Source: Candidatus Aldehydirespirator sp. (GTDB lineage: Bacteria > Actinomycetota > Acidimicrobiia > Acidimicrobiales > Aldehydirespiratoraceae). From it: DNA of 64,000 nt. The position numbers were made by a program, and so were the translations under genes. A model generated the notes under the pieces. It saw nothing but the letters and a program-made list of their open reading frames with translations, ran no database searches and was not told where the DNA came from. Positions 53,325-61,518 of the stretch are shown piece after piece (the stretch's first letter is position 1; every line of letters begins with the position of its first letter). Location of the stretch: NCBI GenBank assembly GCA_965203575.1, contig OZ241894.1:3818841-3882840 (forward strand), in the 5' to 3' direction.

Positions 53325-54155
53325 TCAGCCCGACAGCGCCGTCCGGCGCTGCGACGAGTCCGACAACTGCCTTGAGTTGGCGCTGGGGTTCTGTAGCACG
53401 ACCGGCCGGCCCTGGTCGTCGAGCACGTCCAGACGGTCGGTGCAGCGTTCCATGAGTGTTGAACTGTCGACCGCCCGGCTGCGGCGCCCTATCGACTCGG
53501 CCCCCAGCCGCCTCCCGTCGGGCCACACCTGCGCCGCGGCCCAGCCCGCTGCGTCCCAGTCGGCGACCAGGGCCACGTGCACCGCGTCCTTCACGTCGAT
53601 CTTCGGGGAGATCTGGCAGGGCACGTTCGACGACTGTTCTTCGAGCGAGTCGCTGTAGAAGCCCCTCAGCGACCCCACGTCCACGCCCAGATTGCCCAGG
53701 TCGCGCACCACCGACTCGAACAGGGCGTCGCAGGCCTTCCTCCAATTCTTCAGCTTGGACCGGTAGGCGTCGATCCTGTCCTGCTCGGCCTTGCGGAGAT
53801 CGTCCAGGCGACTCCATTCAGCCGGGTCGACGTTGCGGTCCACGGCGTCCCGGTCGGTTTGGAACCGGTCCCGTTCGCTCTCGTAGCCGTCCAGCGTCTC
53901 CTGCTGCTTCGATTCGCGGTAGTCGCACTCCGGGGGGAACGCCGGGATCGGCCCGGTGGGCTGCTGGTGGGTGTAGCGCCAGGCGACCGCCATGGTGGCC
54001 ATGTCGTCGGCCGCCTCGCGCATGGAGGACTCGGCCGCCAGACGCTGGGGGCCGGCCATGGCCACCACCGCCGCGAAGGCCGAGATCGGCACCATCAGCA
54101 CCACCCACAGGCTCACCGCGCCGCCCGACTCGCCACGCCCGACCGGCCGCCGCAT
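53325..54155 (-). CDS. TadE/TadG-like pseudopilin-type protein
   Basis: The N-terminus MRRPVGRGESGGAVSLWVVLMVPISAFAAVVAMAG fits the Tad 'TadE/G-like' hydrophobic N-terminal pattern. The remainder is unrecognised. The alternative start at 54356 adds 67 aa. Confidence 0.55.
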   Translation of the reverse strand: MRRPVGRGESGGAVSLWVVLMVPISAFAAVVAMAGPQRLAAESSMREAADDMATMAVAWRYTHQQPTGPIPAFPPECDYRESKQQETLDGYESERDRFQTDRDAVDRNVDPAEWSRLDDLRKAEQDRIDAYRSKLKNWRKACDALFESVVRDLGNLGVDVGSLRGFYSDSLEEQSSNVPCQISPKIDVKDAVHVALVADWDAAGWAAAQVWPDGRRLGAESIGRRSRAVDSSTLMERCTDRLDVLDDQGRPVVLQNPSANSRQLSDSSQRRTALSG

Positions 54156-54377
54156 CCACCGCACGGCCGCGCCCGCACGGCCGCGCCCGCACGCTTCGGC
54201 GGACCGCCCCCAACGGCTCACCACAGGTCCCACCATCGGCATCGCCGTGCCCCGTCGGACACCGTCCGGCGGCTCCGACGGGGCCTCAGAGGCACCGGCG
54301 CGTCGTTGGGCCTCCCCGGCGACCCTTCCCCGTCCGAACCGTGTCATCGCGGACACCCTCCGTCAGCGGGCCGGCCG

Positions 54378-55745
54378 CTAACGGCTCTCCGGGGCCGTCC
54401 AGTTCCGCTCCTCGAGGTTCTGCTCGGTCACCGCGGTGGGGTCCATGGCCACGTGGCCGGTGTCGTAGGCGCCCGCGAGCAGGAAGTCGCCGCAGGCGTC
54501 GGCCGCGGCCGCGGCCTGGTTGGCCAGGCCCGGCACCATGGCCGCCACCACCACGCCCTCGTAGACGTAGTTGACCAGCGAGTCGCTCATGTGGAAGCCC
54601 GCGGTGGACACCTCGCCGTATAGGGCCTGCGCCGCTATGAACCTCGACGCCTGCTCCAGGCTGGGGTCGGGGTGGAAGATGATGTCCACGTCGGGGTGGG
54701 CCTCGATCCACTCGCCGGCCGCCTCGTAGGCCGCCTCGGGGTCGGCGCCGAGCGACGCCGCGGTGTCGGCGCCGTTGACGAACTCCAGGTCGGGCAGCTC
54801 CTCTCCGATGCCGTCGATGAAGCCCTCCATGAGCACGCGGGACCGCTCGTCGGCGGCGTCGGCGGCCAGCACCGCCCCCTTGCGCAGCAGGATCCGGCCG
54901 TCCAGGGCCCAGCGGCCCACCAGCCTGCCGGTGTGGACGCCCGCGCCGCGGTCGTCGAGGCCGTAGAAGGCGAAGCGCTTGGAGCCGGGGCTGTCGGCGC
55001 CCACCGTGAACACCGGCACGCCCGAGTTGGCGGCCCGGTCGATCACCCTGGCCAGCTCGCCGCCGGCCGCGGCCTCCACCACCAGGCAGTCGACCTCGCC
55101 CGCCACCACCAGCTCGTCGATCTCCGCGGCCTGCGCGTCGGGGTCGTCGCCCCATGGGCCAACCACCCGGGCCTCGACGGCGCCGCCGTAGCGGGCCGCG
55201 ACCTCCTCGGCGCCCCGGGCCCAGCCCTCTCCCATGGCCGGGCCCGAGCCTCCGTCGCTGGTCGCCCCCACCGACAGGACCAGGCTCAACGTCTGGTCGA
55301 GGGTTAGCAGCTTGTGGGCCGTCCGGTCGGCCAGCAGGAACGAGCCCCAGGGCAGTTCCGCCCGGTATGGCGGGCTCTGGGGCCGCGGCGGCACCGTGGT
55401 GGCGGGCGGCCCCGGGTCGGCGGGCGCCGTGGTCGCGGGAGGCTCCGGGTCCGGCGGCGCCTCGGTCGTGGCCGGCGGCTCCGGGTCGGTGTCGGGCGGC
55501 TCCGGGTCGGCGGGCGCCTCGGTGGGGTCGGGCTGCTCCGGGTCGGCGGGCGCCGCCTGGTCCGGCGCGGCCGTCGACGTGGGCGCGGCGACAGGCTGGG
55601 GCCCGTCATCGCCGCCGTCCCCGCCGCAGGCCGATGCCAGCAGGGCCCCGAGGGCGACAAGGCAGCCCGCACGCCGGATGCCGAGCGCTGCCCGCGTGCG
55701 CAGGTCCGGGCCGCGCCCGCCGGGTGGTGTGTCACGTTGCTTCAT
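54378..55745 (-). CDS. Lipoprotein with a type I periplasmic-binding-protein (sugar-binding-like) domain and a P/E/T-rich linker
   Basis: Lipobox LLASAC. The linker is PDPTEAPADPEPPDTDPEPPATTEAPPDPEPPATT. The PBP-like core includes EIDELVVAGEVDCLVVEAAAGGELARVIDRAANSGVPVFTVGAD. Confidence 0.55.
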   Translation of the reverse strand: MKQRDTPPGGRGPDLRTRAALGIRRAGCLVALGALLASACGGDGGDDGPQPVAAPTSTAAPDQAAPADPEQPDPTEAPADPEPPDTDPEPPATTEAPPDPEPPATTAPADPGPPATTVPPRPQSPPYRAELPWGSFLLADRTAHKLLTLDQTLSLVLSVGATSDGGSGPAMGEGWARGAEEVAARYGGAVEARVVGPWGDDPDAQAAEIDELVVAGEVDCLVVEAAAGGELARVIDRAANSGVPVFTVGADSPGSKRFAFYGLDDRGAGVHTGRLVGRWALDGRILLRKGAVLAADAADERSRVLMEGFIDGIGEELPDLEFVNGADTAASLGADPEAAYEAAGEWIEAHPDVDIIFHPDPSLEQASRFIAAQALYGEVSTAGFHMSDSLVNYVYEGVVVAAMVPGLANQAAAAADACGDFLLAGAYDTGHVAMDPTAVTEQNLEERNWTAPESR

Positions 55746-55934
55746 GGATCCGCCTTCCTATGGACTTGGTTTGGTTTGATTGCCTGCCGTCCGGGGCCAG
55801 CCGCCCGCAGACGGACGAAGGTCCGCGCCCCCTCGAACCTGCCGAACGGCCCGAACCGCCGCAGGAGGCCGGGCCGGGCCCGACGCACGGCGCCGCCGAC
55901 TCGGGGACAGGCCGCCCGGCGGCTGTTGGATAGG

Positions 55935-56693
55935 GTGAGCGGCATCCGCCGCCCGACCTGCCTCCTGCCGCGCCGACGGGAACAGCCCCAGTCCGCCGCG
56001 CATCGCCTCACCCGCCGCGGACGATCCAGGCCGCAGGCAGCCCGACCCCCCACCGGCGCCGCCGCGAGGATCGCGGCCGCGTCGAGGCGCTTCGGGGCCG
56101 CGCGGCGCGACGAGCGGGGCGAGACGCTGGCGCTGCTGGTGCTGTGGCCGATGCTGCTGGTGGCCGTCCTGTTGCTGCTGGTGCACGCCTTCATCGTCGC
56201 CAACGCCCAGTCCGAGGCCGAGGTGGCCGCGTCGGCGGGCCTGAGGGCGGCGTGGCGCTCAGCAGCCAACGAGGACTTCCTGAGCGTCCGCCAATCCGAC
56301 GGCACGTACACGGCGGACAAGTACACGGACGACCCGAGTACGCAGGGGGTAGTAGAACACGCGGCCACGCACCCGGCGGTGCTGGAGATGGCCTCGGCCG
56401 CGCAGGACGCCGCAGCCCGGGCGGCGGCCACCAAGACCGGCTGGCGGTGGTGGACGCCGGGCGCGACGGTGGTGCACAGCGACTGGTGCGAGCCCGCGGG
56501 GGCCCGGCCGGGCCAGGGCCAGTCGGGCTGGGTGCGGGTGGTGGTGTCGGGAGAGGTGTTCGGGCCGCTGGCCGCGCTGTGGCCCGACCGGCTCGACCGC
56601 GTGTACGCGGCCGCGACCGGCCCCGCGGTGCTGCTCTCGCCCCAGCAGGGCCAGCAGGCTCCAGTGGTCCCCGCCGACCTGCCCGAGTGCTGA
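55935..56693 (+). CDS. TadE-like protein on the opposite strand
   Basis: RDERGETLALLVLWPMLLVAVLLLLVHAFIVANAQSEAEVAASAGLRAA resembles the TadE N-terminal domain. The start is uncertain: GTG 55935 is the nearest in-frame start to the motif and gives a long Arg-rich leader. Confidence 0.45.
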   Translation: MSGIRRPTCLLPRRREQPQSAAHRLTRRGRSRPQAARPPTGAAARIAAASRRFGAARRDERGETLALLVLWPMLLVAVLLLLVHAFIVANAQSEAEVAASAGLRAAWRSAANEDFLSVRQSDGTYTADKYTDDPSTQGVVEHAATHPAVLEMASAAQDAAARAAATKTGWRWWTPGATVVHSDWCEPAGARPGQGQSGWVRVVVSGEVFGPLAALWPDRLDRVYAAATGPAVLLSPQQGQQAPVVPADLPEC

Positions 56694-56709
56694 CCCGCCC
56701 CGCCCGCCT

Positions 56710-56824
56710 CCCGGCCCCCGATGCCGCGGCCGGCGCCAGCGGCAGCCAACTCGGCCACCATGCCGCCCCCCTTCGCGCAAGCTGCACCCCGGCCCCCGAT
56801 GCCGCAGCCGGCGCCAGCGGCAGC
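56710..56824. repeat. 37-bp direct repeat x2, 78-bp period, in a convergent intergenic region
   Basis: CCCGGCCCCCGATGCCGC[G/A]GCCGGCGCCAGCGGCAGC occurs at 56710-56746 and 56788-56824. Confidence 0.75.
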
Positions 56825-56899
56825 ACACGGCCCGTCGGGCGCGCTCCGGGTCGCCTTCTGCCGGCCGCTGTCCGCGCCTGCGGGGCAAGGGGCCATCGT

Positions 56900-57304
56900 C
56901 TAACCCCCAAGGCCCGATCTCGGCGTGACCACGCACCTCGCCGGGACGTCATCGGCGAGGTCGCCCGGCGTATTGTCGCCTGTGGGCGGGGACCAGACCG
57001 CTCTCGAAACGACATCGCCGAAGTCGTCCTGGATGCCGGGGTCGCAGCGACTAGAGAAGCCCGAGTCCACGTACAGGTTCCCGTCTCTGACCGCCGCGTC
57101 GAAGGCGGCCTGGGCGTCGGAGGCCACGAAGGCGGCGGCTATGTCGGCGTCTATCAGCCGGACCGCGGGGTCGGCGGGCACCTCGGCGGTGTCGTCGATC
57201 ACCCGCTGCACGGCCAGCACCGAGACCGCGGCCAGGCCCGCGACGGCGCCCACGATCAGCAGCCACTCCAGGGTGATCAGCCCGGCGTCGGCGGCGGCGC
57301 TCAC
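56900..57304 (-). CDS. Flp-type (class III signal) pilin-like protein, unusually long (134 aa)
   Basis: The GTG start gives MSAAADAG/LITLEWLLIVGAVAGLAAVSVLAV. This is a G/xxxxE[WY] processing motif plus a hydrophobic helix, as in Flp/DUF4244-type pilins. A ~90-aa C-terminal extension follows. Confidence 0.65.
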   Translation of the reverse strand: MSAAADAGLITLEWLLIVGAVAGLAAVSVLAVQRVIDDTAEVPADPAVRLIDADIAAAFVASDAQAAFDAAVRDGNLYVDSGFSSRCDPGIQDDFGDVVSRAVWSPPTGDNTPGDLADDVPARCVVTPRSGLGG

Positions 57305-57343
57305 GGTGCGGGCCTCACGGCAGGCTGGTGATGCCGCCGCCGG
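57260..57343. repeat. 84-bp direct repeat, copy 1 (tadC 3' end / pilin 5' end junction)
   Basis: Matches 58135-58218 with 2 mismatches at an offset of exactly 875 nt. Confidence 0.9.
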
Positions 57344-57431
57344 CGGGGGGAGATCTCGGCCGTGGGTTGTCGAGCACTGTCTCGGCGCGGTTCAATGGTT
57401 CTGTGGCCGGACACCTCCGAGAGGGACGCGC

Positions 57432-57722
57432 ATGACCAACGCACATACACCGTCCCGCTCACGCCGTCCCCGAGACGAGACGCACCGGCTCGGCGACGAG
57501 ATCTATGAGCGCGGCATCCGGGCGCAGGTCGAGGGCGCCCACCGCGGGCAGATAGTCGCGATCGATGTGGACAGCGAAGACTGGGCCATCGCGGACAGCG
57601 CACGGGTCGCAGCCCAGCGCCTGCGGGCGCGGCAGCCGGACGCCGAGGATGTCTGGTTGGTCCGGGTCGGGTACCGGGCGCTGCGCAGCTTCGGGGCTGG
57701 AGCCCTGAGGAGCACAGAGTGA
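57432..57722 (+). CDS. Small partner protein of the retropepsin-like protease (antitoxin-like position)
   Basis: 96 aa from ATG 57432. The core is HRGQIVAIDVDSEDWAIADSARVAAQRLRARQPDAEDVWLVRVGY. Its stop overlaps the GTG of the next gene (GTGA). Confidence 0.55.
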   Translation: MTNAHTPSRSRRPRDETHRLGDEIYERGIRAQVEGAHRGQIVAIDVDSEDWAIADSARVAAQRLRARQPDAEDVWLVRVGYRALRSFGAGALRSTE

Positions 57723-58090
57723 TCGAGGGGGCCGTGAACGCCGGCCGCGAAGCAGTTGTGACCCTCGCGCTACGAGGACCGGCGGGGCAGGCCAGCGAGG
57801 TCGAAGCCGTCATAGACACGGGATACAGCGGGTACCTGACCCTGCCGCCGGAACTGCCGGCGGAACTGGGGCTCGCCTTCGTCGGCAATGGCCACGCGTA
57901 CTTGGCCAACGACGCCGAGGTCGAGTTCGACGTCTTCGACGTGACGGTCCTCTGGGACGGCCGGCCCAGAGAAATCGAGGCCGACGCGACGGGAAGCACG
58001 CCGCTCGCGGGCATGCTGCTACTGGACATGCATGACCTGAGCATCGAGGTGCGGCCCGGCGGGCGGGTGCTGATACAGGCCGCGGCATAG
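57719..58090 (+). CDS. Clan AA (retropepsin-like) aspartic protease
   Basis: 123 aa. The catalytic motif AVIDTGYSGYLTLP (D-T-G) and the single-lobe size match bacterial/archaeal retropepsin-like proteases. Confidence 0.7.
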   Translation: MIEGAVNAGREAVVTLALRGPAGQASEVEAVIDTGYSGYLTLPPELPAELGLAFVGNGHAYLANDAEVEFDVFDVTVLWDGRPREIEADATGSTPLAGMLLLDMHDLSIEVRPGGRVLIQAAA

Positions 58091-58134
58091 CACGGCACAG
58101 AACGGCCGGGCTGTCGCGGTCGTCCGGCGGCCGG

Positions 58135-58218
58135 CAGCCACTCCGGGGTGATGAGCCCGGCGTCGGCGGCGGCGCTCACGGTGCGGGCCTCACGGCAGGC
58201 TGGTGATGCCGCCGCCGG
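58135..58218. repeat. 84-bp direct repeat, copy 2 (contains the true tadC stop and a 15-codon remnant of the pilin 5' end)
   Basis: See 57260-57343. The minus strand reads GTG AGC GCC GCC GCC GAC GCC GGG CTC ATC ACC CCG GAG TGG CTG, i.e. MSAAADAGLITPEWL. Confidence 0.9.
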
Positions 58219-59011
58219 TGAGCGACGTGAACGGCGGGTAGACGAGGATGCCGGCCAGGGCGAGGGCCACGCCGGTGGCGGGCACCACGATGATCTGGGC
58301 CCGCCGGGCCGCCTTCTCGCGCTCGCGGCTGGTGCTGTCGCGCCACAGCGTGTCGGCGGCCACCAGGATGGCCTCGGCCATGCGGGTGCCCCGCTCGGCG
58401 GCCAGGCCCAGCGCGGAGACCGCCGGGGCCAGGCTGTGGATGCCGTAGCGGCTGACTACGTCGCCCAGGCCCTCCCAGACGGGGCGGCGGTCCTGCTGCG
58501 CGGCGAGCAGGAACCGGTGCAGCAGCCGCCAGCTGCTGCGCTCCCCCGCCCGGGCCGCGGCCAGCATCGCCACCGACGGGTCCACCCCGGCCGCCACCTG
58601 CTGGGCCACCAGCGCGATCCACACCCTTATGACCTGGTCGATCTCGGTGCGGGCCTTCTTGGCGGTGTCGCGCACGCCCAGCATGGGAAGCAGCCAGCCG
58701 GCCGCTCCGGCGGCGACGGCCAGCAGCGCCGCCCCCACCGGGCCCCGTCCCGTCACCACGCTGACGACCGCGCCGACGGCCAGGCCGGCCACGAGGCCGC
58801 CGAAGCGCTGCAGCGAGTAGGACTCCGGGGTGATGCCGGCCAGGCGCAGGTTCTGCTCCTCGCCCTCCTTGATGGTGGGCAGCAGGTCGCGCAGCGTCTC
58901 GCCGGGCGTCTGCGAGCTGCGGCTGCGCGTCGGCGGCCCCACCACGCCCACCGCGATCAGTACGACGCCGGCGAAGAACACCAGCGCGGCCCCCAGCACC
59001 AGCGGGCTCAT
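58190..59011 (-). CDS. tadC: Type II secretion system F-domain protein, TadC-like
   Basis: 273 aa. N-terminal TM segment, central cytoplasmic T2SSF-like domain, and C-terminal TM segments (AQIIVVPATGVALALAGILVYPPF). Confidence 0.75.
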   Translation of the reverse strand: MSPLVLGAALVFFAGVVLIAVGVVGPPTRSRSSQTPGETLRDLLPTIKEGEEQNLRLAGITPESYSLQRFGGLVAGLAVGAVVSVVTGRGPVGAALLAVAAGAAGWLLPMLGVRDTAKKARTEIDQVIRVWIALVAQQVAAGVDPSVAMLAAARAGERSSWRLLHRFLLAAQQDRRPVWEGLGDVVSRYGIHSLAPAVSALGLAAERGTRMAEAILVAADTLWRDSTSREREKAARRAQIIVVPATGVALALAGILVYPPFTSLTGGGITSLP

Positions 59012-59030
59012 GCCGGGTCCTGCCAGCGGC

Positions 59031-59161
59031 GCGGCGGCCGTCCGGGCGCCGGCGGGCTCGCCGGGGACCCCCGTGCGGGGCGCGGCGGCCGTCCGGGCGC
59101 CGGCGGGCTCGCCGGGGACCCCCGTGCGGGGCGGGGCGGCCGTCCGGGCGCCGGCGGGCTC
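59031..59161. repeat. 51-bp tandem repeat, ~2.6 copies, filling the tadB-tadC intergenic space
   Basis: The unit GCGGCGGCCGTCCGGGCGCCGGCGGGCTCGCCGGGGACCCCCGTGCGGGGC starts at 59031, 59082 and 59133 (1 mismatch). The last copy runs into the tadB stop codon. Confidence 0.85.
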
Positions 59162-60062
59162 ATATCGGGTCCTTGGCCCGGCTGCGGCGGCGGGGCGGCA
59201 CCAGCACCGAGTTCTCCGTGCGGACCACCGAGTGGTACACCAGGAACGACGTCGACAGCAGCAGCAGGCCCGCGATGCCTACGAACACCAGCTGGCCGGT
59301 GCCCTGCTCGTAGGGCTCGAAGTAGGCCGGGTTGTTGCGGTACATCATCAGCACCACCCCGCCGGCCAGTCCCAGCAGAGCGATGGTCTGGGTCCAAAGC
59401 TGAACCACAGCTTCAGTCTTGGAGCGGTGCAGGTCGACCACGTCGCCGATGCGGCCGCACAGGTCGAACAGCGGGTCGGCCACCGCGCCGCCTGAGGTGG
59501 CGGCCATGCGCAGACCGGCGGCCACCTCGGGCTCCCACACCGTGCCCGCGGCGGCGAGGGCGTCGAGGGCCTCCTCGAGGCCCTCGAGCTCGGCCGTGAC
59601 CGCGACGTGCTCGACGATGGCCCTGATCTCGGCGGGGGCGTGCTCGACGCTGCCGCGCAGCGACTCGACCAAACTCGAGCCGGCCCGGGCCAGCTCGGCC
59701 AGCTGGCGGCTCCACAGCGACCACGCCAGCGCCTGGCGGGTCTGGCGGCGCCGGCGGGCGGGCGCGGCCATGAACGGCGGCAGCAGCGCGCCCAGCCCGC
59801 CCAGCAGGACCATCATCCCCAGCAGGCCCGTCGCGGTCCAGCCCAGGATCCCGCCGGCGACGGCCGCCACCAGCTGCACCGCCACCAGCGGGCTGACCCG
59901 CCGGGCGCCCGCGGCCCGAGCCGACGCGCGCCGCGCCGCGGCCCGCTCCGCCCGGCCGTCCTGGTCCTTGCGCCGCACCCGGAGGCGGCTCAGCGCACCC
60001 GACAGCGCCACCAGGGCCACCCCGGCGGTGGCCAGCACGCCGAAGATCAGGCCTTCAAGCAT
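59160..60062 (-). CDS. tadB: Type II secretion system F-domain protein, TadB-like
   Basis: ATG 60062 (MLEGLIFGVLATAGVALVAL..). T2SSF-like topology. It overlaps the cpaF stop by 8 nt. The longer ORF-track start is created by the 75-bp repeat. Confidence 0.75.
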   Translation of the reverse strand: MLEGLIFGVLATAGVALVALSGALSRLRVRRKDQDGRAERAAARRASARAAGARRVSPLVAVQLVAAVAGGILGWTATGLLGMMVLLGGLGALLPPFMAAPARRRRQTRQALAWSLWSRQLAELARAGSSLVESLRGSVEHAPAEIRAIVEHVAVTAELEGLEEALDALAAAGTVWEPEVAAGLRMAATSGGAVADPLFDLCGRIGDVVDLHRSKTEAVVQLWTQTIALLGLAGGVVLMMYRNNPAYFEPYEQGTGQLVFVGIAGLLLLSTSFLVYHSVVRTENSVLVPPRRRSRAKDPI

Positions 60063-61518
60063 CCCGGCCCCCCGCGTCGGCGCCGTCGCCGAGATCATCA
60101 CCGAAACCGTCGCCGGGAACCGCCCACGGCTCCGCGGACCGGCCCCCCGCGTCGGCGCCGTCGCCGAGATCATCACCGAAACCGTCGCCGGGAACCGCCC
60201 ACGGCTCCGCGGACCGGCCCCCCGCGTCGGCGCCGTCGCCGTGCTCGGGCCAGTCGGAGACGTCGAGGCCGCCCTCGGCGAGGCGCTCGATCACCTCGGG
60301 GCTGCGGGGCCGGCCGAGCAGGGTCATGGGGCCGCCCCGCTGGCGGCGCCCGAACACGTCGTGCATCTCGAAGCGGTCGCCGTCGGAGCTGAGCACCTCC
60401 GAGATGGTGTTCACGCCCCGGAACCCGGTGCGGGGGTCGCCCCGCAGGTGCGCCACCAGATGGATCACCTCGGAGGCCTCCTGCACCAGCGCCGACTGGG
60501 CGGGCGCGCCGATCGCGCCCAGGCAGTAGCGCACCAGCCGGGCCATGGCCTGGCGGGGCGACGAGGCGTGGATCGTGGCCATCGAGCCGTCGGACCCGGT
60601 GCCGCACGCGGAGAGGAACGTGGCCGCCTCCGGGCCTCTCAGCTCGCCCACGATCACCCGGTCGGCGCCCGAGCGCAGCGACCGCTTGGCCAGCTCCTCC
60701 ATGGTGATCTCGCCTGAGCCGTCGCTGTTGGCCTCGCGGGTCTCCACCGCGAAGGTCAGCGGATGGGACTGGTCCAGGAACAACTCGAAGGTCTGCTCGA
60801 GGGTGCACACGATCTCGCTGGGGCCTATCTCGGCCAAGAGCGCCCGCAGCAGGGTGGTCTTGCCCGCGCCGAGGGCGCCGCACACCAGCATGTTGACCGG
60901 CGCCGGGGGGCGCACCGCGGCCCGCAGGAAGTCCGCGGCCTGCTGCGACAGCGACCCGCTGTCCACCAGGTCCTCCAGCCGGATGGCCCGGTGACGGTGA
61001 CAGCGCACCGTCAAGAACGGCGTCCCGCACACCGCCATCGCCGCGAAGATCCGCTCACCGGTGCGCAGCCGCAGATCCAAGAGCGGCGCCGACTGGTCGA
61101 AGCGGCGCCCGGTCTGGCCGTGGGTGGTGGCCAGATGCGCGATGTAGCGGACCATGTCGTCCTCGTCGGCGAACACCGGCTCGCGCACATGCTCCTGACG
61201 GCCGCCGGTCAGGCCCAGCACCGCATAGTCCGGCCCGAACACGTAGATGTTCTCCACGTCGCGGCGGCGCAGGAACCGCTGCATGGGGCCGGCCCCCAAC
61301 AGGGCCGCCAACTCGTCGAACACCCACTCCAGGTCCTCGTCTTCGAGCATCCGGCCCGTGGAGTCGAGCGCATGGGCCTCCCGAACCCGTATAGCCTCAG
61401 CGGCCATGGCATGACAAGCCTCCGACACGCCCTCAGCGTCGGCGGAAGCACCCAACCGGAACTCCCGGACCTCCGGCAGCACCGCCTCCCAGATCTCCTC
61501 GCGCAACGCCACCGTCAC
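60055..61518 (-). CDS. cpaF: CpaF/TadA-type secretion ATPase with a duplicated acidic C-terminal tail
   Basis: Walker A VCGALGAGKTTLL, Walker B/Asp box DRVIVGELRG and His box GSMATIHA. GTG 61518 overlaps the TadZ-like stop (GTGA). The 814-aa ORF-track version adds a G/F/C low-complexity artefact. Confidence 0.85.
   Translation of the reverse strand: MTVALREEIWEAVLPEVREFRLGASADAEGVSEACHAMAAEAIRVREAHALDSTGRMLEDEDLEWVFDELAALLGAGPMQRFLRRRDVENIYVFGPDYAVLGLTGGRQEHVREPVFADEDDMVRYIAHLATTHGQTGRRFDQSAPLLDLRLRTGERIFAAMAVCGTPFLTVRCHRHRAIRLEDLVDSGSLSQQAADFLRAAVRPPAPVNMLVCGALGAGKTTLLRALLAEIGPSEIVCTLEQTFELFLDQSHPLTFAVETREANSDGSGEITMEELAKRSLRSGADRVIVGELRGPEAATFLSACGTGSDGSMATIHASSPRQAMARLVRYCLGAIGAPAQSALVQEASEVIHLVAHLRGDPRTGFRGVNTISEVLSSDGDRFEMHDVFGRRQRGGPMTLLGRPRSPEVIERLAEGGLDVSDWPEHGDGADAGGRSAEPWAVPGDGFGDDLGDGADAGGRSAEPWAVPGDGFGDDLGDGADAGGRDA
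60066..60240. repeat. Perfect 75-bp tandem repeat, 2.33 copies, in frame in the cpaF 3' end
   Basis: Units start at 60066, 60141 and 60216. Copies 1 and 2 are identical by eye. They encode GDGADAGGRSAEPWAVPGDGFGDDL x2.3. Confidence 0.9.

Noticed and set aside
45695-53455. Very long plus-strand ORFs (832 aa at 45695-48193, 496 aa at 48347-49837, 1147 aa at 50012-53455 and others)
   Set aside because: All are antisense or off-frame shadows of the giant Calx-beta ORF. Their translations are low-complexity G/R/V/H strings. The minus-strand frame shows repeated, recognisable domain motifs.
59031-60240. Tandem repeats considered as a possible CRISPR array
   Set aside because: The units (51 and 75 bp) are directly abutting with no unique spacers. 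One lies in frame in a coding region. No cas genes are present.
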